Positions 10,001-16,373 of a DNA stretch of 64,000 nt are shown here, piece after piece. A program made the position numbers and the translations under genes. The notes under the pieces are model-generated. The model was not told the DNA's origin and did not search any database. It worked only from the letters and a program-made list of their open reading frames with translations. The stretch spans positions 1,612,459 to 1,676,458 of the forward strand of contig OY969553.1 in the NCBI GenBank assembly GCA_963700925.1, in the 5' to 3' direction. This stretch comes from an uncultured Actinomycetota bacterium (lineage in GTDB: Bacteria > Actinomycetota > Actinomycetes > Actinomycetales > CAWJMD01). Positions within the stretch are counted from its first letter, which is position 1. Every line of letters begins with the position of its first letter.

Positions 10001-10718
10001 TGGCGTCCAAGGCGGCGTCGTGCCGGTCGGCATCTGCGAGAGCGAGCCACGCGCCTCGCCAGTGCTCTGCCCGCGTCTCGTCGCTCTCCCCCAGATCATC
10101 CGCGAGGCGCGCCATCAGGATCCACGCCCGCCAGTCGTGGACGGCACGGGGAACGGCCTGCTGCAGGTACTCGTAGGCTTCGTGCTGACGTCCCTGCTCG
10201 GCGATTGCGGTGGCAAGGTGGCGACGCAGGTCGGGCGTGTCCTCGCCTTGTTCGAACGCGAGGTGCAGGACGGTCTCCGCCTCGGCCTGCCGACCGACGC
10301 CCAGCAGCGCGACGCCCCGTGCATAGGTCACGACGCCACGCCGAACGGCCGAACCGCCGTCATCGAACGCCTGCAGAGCCTTCACAAAGGCCTCCCGGGC
10401 GCGCTCCGCCTCGCCGCGCTCGGCCAGCGCCCGTCCATCCAGCACGTAGGCCGAACCCTGCAGGGCAAGCCCTTCTGCCGGCAGACGTCGCCCCGGGGAG
10501 GTGGACGAGGGGCTCAGCTCACGCAGCACCTCGAGAGACGTCGCTTCAGCGAGCTCCAGGTCTCCAGCTTGGAGGGCGGCCCTTCCCTCGCTGAGGCGGG
10601 ACCACAGCTCGGGGTCGAATGCACTTTCCTGGTCGCGCTGCCGTGCGGCGTACGGCGGACTGGTCGGCCAGGCTGGAGCGGGTACGACAGCATCCCCCTG
10701 GGCTCCCCGCCCCGTCAT
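7053..10718 (-). CDS. Very large all-TPR repeat protein, 1221 aa (operon gene D)
   Basis: Track ORF 7053..10841. I prefer ATG 10718, which forms ATGA with the upstream stop (10715-10718) and has AGGAGG 6 nt upstream. The sequence is TPR-like helical hairpins (A..A...Y..AL.L.P) from end to end. I recognised no enzymatic, NTPase or TM region. Confidence 0.85.
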   Translation of the reverse strand: MTGRGAQGDAVVPAPAWPTSPPYAARQRDQESAFDPELWSRLSEGRAALQAGDLELAEATSLEVLRELSPSSTSPGRRLPAEGLALQGSAYVLDGRALAERGEAERAREAFVKALQAFDDGGSAVRRGVVTYARGVALLGVGRQAEAETVLHLAFEQGEDTPDLRRHLATAIAEQGRQHEAYEYLQQAVPRAVHDWRAWILMARLADDLGESDETRAEHWRGAWLALADADRHDAALDAIRRVHDLDPSPQTHYWLAVAQARAGHAMAALDTLRELNEIEPQSATSMLAAEILTSLGRHDEAIEASSAALDLSPEDTDLLERHAYVLQSAERFEELLGLSERMAVVGLPAAAAYRGLGLLRIGRAPEAALALTEAAEVDPNSPVLRGLLGEALAESGSHEAALHQFEAAAALDPSPWRRARRANALAVLGSGDRARDDLLTLIAEHPEYSVAHALLGKLLLDSGNAEEARHHLRRAVEMDAGAAWVWVNLARAEVATDDTARAKHAYEKALELEPASVATRADLAGLLLIEKDPASWTRAQELLEAALEVDRSAPLLHELLGESLRLQGRLKEAVTHFDSALDLDASDSYALASRGQALLAIGERTEEAISNIEAATKISPQSVWMHDLLVNAYLGADDYKRADIALKALAKLDATSARPWLMRAEIRKQEGHPEKAERMLRKALQLDPELRDVRNELAEYLIDTDRAEESRTFSEESLRRDENDEMARYLHASALMNLKQFQLAGSEAERLASSPEWGVRAWRLLGEIHRVQGHYEEALNWLDKSLEQEPNSAWALGSRGAVLSSQGDAEEGEKALRQALAIEPRNSFAASHLTDLLLASGRAEEAVEVYRAALNEDEQDADLLISYAGALRGAGRTDEALAALDQALWIRPDDLRGLSAMGSVLTLVNRVEEALDCFRRAVDLAEALPSGGGVESFVDLAYALLNSGDIGGAWDISLRAVKRNEDNPAGWIVVSAVATRVGGWEEAIFAAGRSTKCEWQQPNAYQSLGWALEHSDRPDRATAALEAYDEALRLDDGDLWARKGRANSLVLLDRREEALAEYESVLGTLRRQVSTDWTSSALEGWCLFRLGRYSEAASALHHVLLYAEQTSGTLFDLALAALGAKQTSQARSYAVRAIEDLVREVPPMRRGTLLIALDDFLVSRPSLPDVTQGAASWLHGRLQEELRLVESEWNHEQLAFPDEPPWATEVDVRQGAGAKS

Positions 10719-12193
10719 GATCCGCCTCCTGCATCCCTGGTCCGCCGATCCCTGGCGGGGGGAATGCGACCTTCCCAGATCTCCGTCACGCCGGCTGCCA
10801 GCACGTCTGGCTCGCGTTCCTTGTCCAGGCGAGCGGCCCATGCCGCATTGAGGATCTCGAGAAGGTCGTCAGGGCTGTCCAGCAGTGGGCTCTTCTGACC
10901 ACCGAGAAGGGAAACCTTGCGCTTCACGACCTGCGACCACTGAGAGTCCGTGAACGCTGCGATCGCCAAATTCGATCTGAGGACGACGAGAACGTCTCTC
11001 TGGAAGTCATCGAGCCAGTCTTCCTCAGGCTTCGGAGCGAGTTCTCGTTCTGCCTCTTCCTGACGCGCCGGGCCTGCGAGCGTGGTGACGGCGTCGCGCC
11101 AGATCCCGTCCAGCTTTCGGATGGTGGTGGCGAATCCGGTGTCCGGGTCCCCAGCGTTGGAGCGGAGGACCCCCAGGATCAGCCGAGCGCGGTCGACGTC
11201 GCGCGCCTGATCAGGTTGCGACGCCTCGTCGTGGTGGGGCTGCAAGCGCAGGAGGAGGGCTGCACAGCCGTACGCCGGGCCCATCGTGAACGCAGCAAAG
11301 GCGTCACCGACCAGTTCGGAGAAGGTGGTTGTTGCGCCCAATCCGTCCTGGCCACCCCACTTGCCCAGAAGCCCTTGCACCCCTTCCTCGTTCTTGTCCG
11401 CGCACAGCGCAAGACCCACCTCGTGCGCGACGAGGGGGATGCCCCATACGGACCACTCCGGGAAGCCGAGCTTGACCACGCTGTCCATGGCGCTGCTGAG
11501 GGCAGCCTGCGCCGCCGGGATCGGGAAGAAGTGAGTGACGATGGCGGTGAAGCTTCGGAGCAGAACCTCGGTCATCTCGCACACGCGGTCGTCCAGACCG
11601 GTGTCGCGAACCGTCAGACCACCGAGAAAGTCGACGTACTCACGAAACAGCGGTTGCGCCTCTTCCACGAGCATCGTCTCAAAGCGCTGCCAGAGAACTC
11701 GCTGGTCCCCGGCCGACCCGTTGCCCACATCCTGCTCCAGGACAGAAATGGTCCGGTAGAGCTTGTCGCATCGGCTACTGAGGCTGTTCTCGAGCTGGGC
11801 CGACCGGCCGCTCAGATCCACCATGTTCTTCTGGATCCCCAGGAGCTTGTCGCGAGCTTCGCGCAACTGCTCCTTGATTCCCTCGAACTCCTGAGGAGCT
11901 ACCTCCAAACGCTCGAGCAGGACGGACCCTGGCACGGCCCCCTGGGCGTTCTTGATCTCCTGCGCGATGTCGTCATAGTCACCGAGCAGGTCCCGGAGGC
12001 TGAACACCAGATTGCTGAGGGTGCTCAGAGGGGTGAGAACACCCTGCGAACCGGTCATACCAATGAGGCGCGCGACTTCGAGGATCTGGACGTCTCTGCC
12101 GTTGACCAACGTGACGGCCGTCTGCACCTTTCCCACGTCACTTCGCAGGGTTCTGAGCCTCAGCTTGAGCAGCTCTTGCGCCGGTGTGCTCAT
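10715..12193 (-). CDS. Paralogue of the HExxH protein with degenerate metal-binding motif (HEVGL) and coiled-coil-like N-terminal extension (operon gene C)
   Basis: ATG 12193 forms ATGA with the upstream stop (12190-12193), with GAGGAGG 7 nt upstream. It aligns to gene B: LGFPEWSVWGIPLVAHEVGLALC vs LKFPGTTAWHLPVLAHEYGHHAV; SELVGDAFAAFTMGPAYGCAALLLRLQP vs NEYVADMFATFALGTAYPLTCIALRIDP; ILNAAWAAR vs VLDAAWRWR. Confidence 0.8.
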   Translation of the reverse strand: MSTPAQELLKLRLRTLRSDVGKVQTAVTLVNGRDVQILEVARLIGMTGSQGVLTPLSTLSNLVFSLRDLLGDYDDIAQEIKNAQGAVPGSVLLERLEVAPQEFEGIKEQLREARDKLLGIQKNMVDLSGRSAQLENSLSSRCDKLYRTISVLEQDVGNGSAGDQRVLWQRFETMLVEEAQPLFREYVDFLGGLTVRDTGLDDRVCEMTEVLLRSFTAIVTHFFPIPAAQAALSSAMDSVVKLGFPEWSVWGIPLVAHEVGLALCADKNEEGVQGLLGKWGGQDGLGATTTFSELVGDAFAAFTMGPAYGCAALLLRLQPHHDEASQPDQARDVDRARLILGVLRSNAGDPDTGFATTIRKLDGIWRDAVTTLAGPARQEEAERELAPKPEEDWLDDFQRDVLVVLRSNLAIAAFTDSQWSQVVKRKVSLLGGQKSPLLDSPDDLLEILNAAWAARLDKEREPDVLAAGVTEIWEGRIPPARDRRTRDAGGGS

Positions 12194-13431
12194 CTCCGTG
12201 CCTCCTCGGACCCTGCGGGAGAGAGCACTGGCAGACCCTTCCCTGCGGTTCGGCACCAGCTGAGCACCGTCGTGTTGACGCGTCGTAGCTCAGACGCGTC
12301 CGCCGCCCAGTTGGCGCGACGCCAGCGCCACGCCGCGTCGAGCACCGTTGGCACCCCTGCCTCCTCGAGCTCGCGCGGCGCCCCGTCCCCCGCAACCAGG
12401 CGATCCTTCAGCGCGACCGCAAGGTCGGCATCGTCGTAGAGCAGCCCATCGGTGTGGCGCAGGAGCTCGACGACGACGCTCTCGGCGAGCTGCCGCAGGA
12501 TCGCGGCTTGATCGTCCGCATGGTGGCCGGCGAAGCGCGCCCAGAGGGGCCGGACGACCTCAGCCGCCATGGCGGCGTGCTGATCTTGGCCGGTGCGCGC
12601 GCTGATGGCCTCGAGCGTCGCGGCCATCGCCTCCACACGGCGAAACCACACCGGATGGCTGTCACTCTGGCGCGCCGCCTTGCCCGGGTCGATCCGCAGC
12701 GCGATGCACGTGAGCGGGTACGCGGTGCCGAGGGCGAAGGTCGCAAACATGTCCGCCACGTACTCGTTGACCTGTGACCGTGCCGCACGAAGCGCTGCCG
12801 CGCGGGCGTGTGACGTGGCCGCCGATTGGGCATTCGGCGCCTGGGCCAGGGCGACCTCCGACACGACGGCAGCCTCACGCTCGACGACGTCGTAGAGCGG
12901 TCGGACTTCTCGGGCCCCTTCGTTGATGCTGTACAGGTTGCTCACGGCGTGGTGCCCGTACTCGTGCGCAAGCACCGGGAGGTGCCAAGCAGTGGTGCCA
13001 GGAAACTTCAGGCGCAGCATCGACACGACCGGATCCATGGTCTCTGCGTCGGGGGAGAGTGCCAGCACCACTGGGCGGCGGATCAGTGAGTGGGCCTGCA
13101 GGTGTGATGCCAGCCGGTCGGCGGCGTCGAGAAGCGCGCCGTCGTACCCCTGTTCCCGGAAGAGCGTCGTCTGGACGAGGCTGAAGAGCTCCGTCCGCAC
13201 TCTCGCCGCTCGTTTGCGCGCATCGCCGAATGCGACCCAGTCCACCCCATCCTGCTGCAGGGACAGGTCTTTCCGGCAGTCGCGAATCAGAGCGCGGACC
13301 TCACCCGCGGAGCTGGCCGGCAGGATGTCGCGCAGGTGCGGAGTGTCAAGGAAGGCCTCCGCACGCTCCAGGTCGTCGAGCTCGACAGCCAGTCGAGCGG
13401 CGTAGAGCTGTTCAGCCTCAGGGATCGTCAC
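12190..13431 (-). CDS. HExxH...ExxAD metallopeptidase-like protein (M48/M56-like motif arrangement) (operon gene B)
   Basis: Track ORF 12190..13443 (TTG start). GTG 13431 would give a GTGA overlap with the upstream stop (13428-13431); the start is uncertain between the two. Intact HEYGH, followed about 65 aa later by NEYVADMFA, which resembles the third-ligand ExxAD signature of M48-type peptidases. Confidence 0.75.
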   Translation of the reverse strand: MTIPEAEQLYAARLAVELDDLERAEAFLDTPHLRDILPASSAGEVRALIRDCRKDLSLQQDGVDWVAFGDARKRAARVRTELFSLVQTTLFREQGYDGALLDAADRLASHLQAHSLIRRPVVLALSPDAETMDPVVSMLRLKFPGTTAWHLPVLAHEYGHHAVSNLYSINEGAREVRPLYDVVEREAAVVSEVALAQAPNAQSAATSHARAAALRAARSQVNEYVADMFATFALGTAYPLTCIALRIDPGKAARQSDSHPVWFRRVEAMAATLEAISARTGQDQHAAMAAEVVRPLWARFAGHHADDQAAILRQLAESVVVELLRHTDGLLYDDADLAVALKDRLVAGDGAPRELEEAGVPTVLDAAWRWRRANWAADASELRRVNTTVLSWCRTAGKGLPVLSPAGSEEARR

Positions 13432-14546
13432 GCGGGTACCCAAGCATCGCGCACCACGACGCGCACTCCCGGAACGAAACCAGGAATCGGTCGGGCGTCG
13501 GTGTAGTCCAGGCCCAGCAGGAGGACGGCGGCAGCCACGAGGAGGAAGGCACCGGCCGTCACCAGCGCGAGGTGAGGTACGCCAAACCCCAAGAACGACA
13601 CGAGAACTGACACTGATCCGATCGCGGTGACGATGCCCGACGCGATCTTCATCAGCGACGAGTACCGCTCGCCCAGTCCACGTAGGGCACCCACCGCGAG
13701 GTCCAGTCGTTCGAGTCTTGCCTGCGGGTGGGGCAGCTGCAGTGCGTACTTCCGCACGTCCTCGACGCCGATCAGCCAGCCGAGCACCGCCGGCGCGGGC
13801 TCGCCCGCCTGCAGGCGTGCGGCCAGTGTGCGCATCTCTTCCTTGGCCTCCCGCAAGAGGTTGATGGGGAAGAGTCGCGTCAGCACGGTCAGGGCTTTGT
13901 CGATGGTCGCGAGACCCAGCTTCGTGAGCCGTTGAGCGTTCTGGCCGAAGTCGAGCTTGCTTCCGAGCTGGTCGATCAGCTCGCTGAGCTTGCCCGGTGC
14001 GCGAGCGAGGACGGCGGTCATGGCCTCGGTCACCACGCCGGCAGACGCCTCCGCGAGCTCTTCGAGGGTCGCGTCGAGCTGCTGGGTCAGACGCTCGGCG
14101 GCCTGCGTGAGGTCGGCCGAGGGCTCGACTGGTTCGAAGCCCTGGCTGTGGGCTTCAGGCCTGGCCCGGTCGTCGAGACTGTCAGCGACCTTGTTCAGCG
14201 TGGTCACGGCCTCGCCCAGTGCCTGGTCGTCCCTGGCCACGCCGCCCTCACCGAGAGCCTGCCCGGCGGCGAGCAGGGCATTGCCGATGGACAGGTCAGC
14301 GAGGACCTCGGCGAGGACGTCGTCCTCAGTCACGCCCTCCTCGGCGGCCGGGCCTGTCTCATCCTCGGCGTCCTCGAACCGCTGGGGGCCAGGCATGTCA
14401 CTACCGAGGCGGCGGCGTGCGATGACTTCGAGTCGCTCCACGATCAGCGGGTCGGGAACAGGCGACGTGGCGAGTGCTCTCTGGAGCAAAGCAGATCCGT
14501 TTGCGACGGACCGAGTGGATTCGGCCAGGGCCATCATGTGCGTCAT
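13428..14546 (-). CDS. Acidic helical protein with two C-terminal transmembrane helices (operon gene A)
   Basis: 372-aa ORF from ATG 14546 (alternative ATGs at 14537/14534). The C-terminus has two hydrophobic stretches, IASGIVTAIGSVSVLVSFLGF and LALVTAGAFLLVAAAVLLLGL. The rest is Ala/Leu/Glu-rich and helix-like. I recognised no family. Confidence 0.7.
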   Translation of the reverse strand: MTHMMALAESTRSVANGSALLQRALATSPVPDPLIVERLEVIARRRLGSDMPGPQRFEDAEDETGPAAEEGVTEDDVLAEVLADLSIGNALLAAGQALGEGGVARDDQALGEAVTTLNKVADSLDDRARPEAHSQGFEPVEPSADLTQAAERLTQQLDATLEELAEASAGVVTEAMTAVLARAPGKLSELIDQLGSKLDFGQNAQRLTKLGLATIDKALTVLTRLFPINLLREAKEEMRTLAARLQAGEPAPAVLGWLIGVEDVRKYALQLPHPQARLERLDLAVGALRGLGERYSSLMKIASGIVTAIGSVSVLVSFLGFGVPHLALVTAGAFLLVAAAVLLLGLDYTDARPIPGFVPGVRVVVRDAWVPA

Positions 14547-14787
14547 CCTGCAAGCCTCTCGCCGTAAGACAGACCGATTGTTGCGGATGCTTCACAATCT
14601 GTCAGCCCGAAGCCTTACTTGCGAGGAGCACCGCGAGTCGCTGGTGATACGGCTCGGCTCGGGCATGCTCCGCCGGTCGCCGCCACGACGAGCATCGGTC
14701 CGGCGGTCAGGTATTTCGCGACGTCCCTCGTCCTCTTTCTGACAGCCTCCTCACCCGCCTGGAGGCACGAGCCGACAGGGAGGAACC

Positions 14788-15129
14788 GTGTCAAGCGTTC
14801 TGGTCAACTGCAGCTACTGCGAAGCCACTTCTGACGTTCCCGCGGCCGGCGTCCTCCTCGACATCCAGGCCGCCGCCCTGAGCTGGGTCTGTCTCGAGTG
14901 CGGTGAGCTCGACGAGCAAGACGTTCCGCCACACATGCTGCAGAAGCTCATCGACGTTGGCGCGTCGCTGATCACGTCCGACGTGGGAAGCCTTCCGCCG
15001 CACCCCGAGTCCCCGCCCCACGGCGAGCCGCTCACTCACGACGACCTTCTCGACCTCCACGAGCTGCTCGAGGAGCCGTCCTGGCTCATTCGGCTCGAGG
15101 GCACGTCACATCAATGCAATTCGGACTGA
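14788..15129 (+). CDS. Small zinc-ribbon-like protein (CxxC...CxxC), hypothetical
   Basis: GTG 14788 preceded by GGGAGGA. N-terminal CSYC..(23 aa)..CLEC pair, and an acidic C-terminus. Transcribed divergently from the 14546 operon across a 241-bp intergenic region. Confidence 0.6.
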   Translation: MSSVLVNCSYCEATSDVPAAGVLLDIQAAALSWVCLECGELDEQDVPPHMLQKLIDVGASLITSDVGSLPPHPESPPHGEPLTHDDLLDLHELLEEPSWLIRLEGTSHQCNSD

Positions 15130-15416
15130 GTGGACGTCGCTTTTCTCGACCCGTTGCCGGCGACGGCCACCGACGACCAGAGCGATGCCCAGCGCCAGCG
15201 TGAAGACTGCGAGCTCGAGATGGGTGCCGACAGGCGAGCCGGTGCGGGCCAGCTGTCGCGCCTACGCCAGGGCCAGCGCGATGGGCCTGGGGCGACAACG
15301 TCGAAGGAACCGCGCGTACGTCGCCACTCTGGGAAGTGATGGGTGATAAGTCCCCAGAACGGACGCAACGTGCCGAACTGACCCGCAGGGTGTCACGTGG
15401 CAGGGTGAAACTCGTG

Positions 15417-15905
15417 ATGTTGCCAGCGGAAGTCCCGGTCGGTGCCCGACGCCTCGTGCTCAGGAGAGCCGTCGCCGCGGACGTGCCGGTGATCGTCGAG
15501 CTCCTTGCCGACGACCAGCTCGGTGCGAAGCGCGACGGCGTCGCCGGACCCGATGGCCTCGAGCCGTACCTGCGGGCGTTCTCCGCCATCGACTCCGACC
15601 CTGCGCATCTGCTGGTGGTGGCAGACGAGGATGGGACCGTCGTCGGCACGATGCAGCTCAGCTTCCTCCCCGGCTTGGCGCGCCGCGGTGCCATGCGCGC
15701 GCAGATCGAGGCGGTCCGCGTGCACACCAACCACCGGAACGGAGGCCTGGGTGCACGGATGATCGGTTGGGCCATCGACGAGGCTCGACGCCGAGGCTGC
15801 CGCCTCGTCCAGCTGACGACCGACAGGTCCCGCGTCGACGCGCACCGCTTCTACGAGCGCCTGGGCTTCGTCGCCTCGCACGAGGGCATGAAGCTGACCC
15901 TCTGA
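15417..15905 (+). CDS. GNAT family N-acetyltransferase
   Basis: Part of track ORF 15336..15905; ATG 15417 (or GTG 15414) is the likely start. Motifs VVGTMQLSFLP..IEAVRVHTNHRNGGLGARMIGWAIDEARRRGCRLVQLTT..RFYERLGF. Confidence 0.8.
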   Translation: MLPAEVPVGARRLVLRRAVAADVPVIVELLADDQLGAKRDGVAGPDGLEPYLRAFSAIDSDPAHLLVVADEDGTVVGTMQLSFLPGLARRGAMRAQIEAVRVHTNHRNGGLGARMIGWAIDEARRRGCRLVQLTTDRSRVDAHRFYERLGFVASHEGMKLTL

Positions 15906-15999
15906 CGCGGGGATGGCCAGATGCACCCATCACGGTCGCGATGAGGTTGCGTGAATGTCCCGACGCGGCTGAACACTTGCGATTCCTAGGGTCAGGGAC

Positions 16000-16344
16000 A
16001 TGGACAGCTCGCTAGCGCTGATGGCAGGGACCGTTTCGACGGTCGTCTTCGCCTGCAGTGCGCTCCCGATGCTGCGCAAGGCCGCGGTCACCAAGGACCT
16101 TGCGTCGTACAGCCTCGGGAACATCCTGCTGGCCAACGTGGGAAACGTCGTCCACTCCCTGTACGTCTTCCACCTTCCCTTCGGCCCCATCTGGGTCCTG
16201 CACGGCTTCTACCTGGTCTCGTCGGCGCTGATGCTGTTCTGGTACGTGCGGTTCGCGCGCAGCATGCGCAAACCTGCCCATGCGGCGGCGCTGAAGATGG
16301 GCGTCCCGCCCGACGCGGAGGCCCGAACCTCGTTCCTAGCGTGA
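16000..16344 (+). CDS. Small 3-TM membrane protein, SemiSWEET/PQ-loop-like
   Basis: 114 aa with three hydrophobic helices. The segment ALPMLRKAAVTKDLASYSL resembles a PQ-loop motif. Its stop overlaps GTG 16341 of the next ORF. Confidence 0.55.
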   Translation: MDSSLALMAGTVSTVVFACSALPMLRKAAVTKDLASYSLGNILLANVGNVVHSLYVFHLPFGPIWVLHGFYLVSSALMLFWYVRFARSMRKPAHAAALKMGVPPDAEARTSFLA

Positions 16345-16373
16345 GCATCTCGACTCGACTCACGGAGGACACG

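Noticed and set aside
14568-14603. Imperfect inverted repeat GACAGaccgATTGT..ACAATCTGTC just upstream of the operon start
   Set aside because: It is two 5-bp arms interrupted by a 4-nt bulge and could easily arise by chance. There is no second copy.
15086-15368. Small ORFs between the zinc-ribbon gene and the GNAT gene, including a possible ~45-aa single-TM peptide on the minus strand (..HLELAVFTLALGIALVVGGRRRQR..)
   Set aside because: The TM-like frame has no ATG/GTG/TTG start. GC3 is similar in the competing frames, and there is no SD. This is too weak to call.
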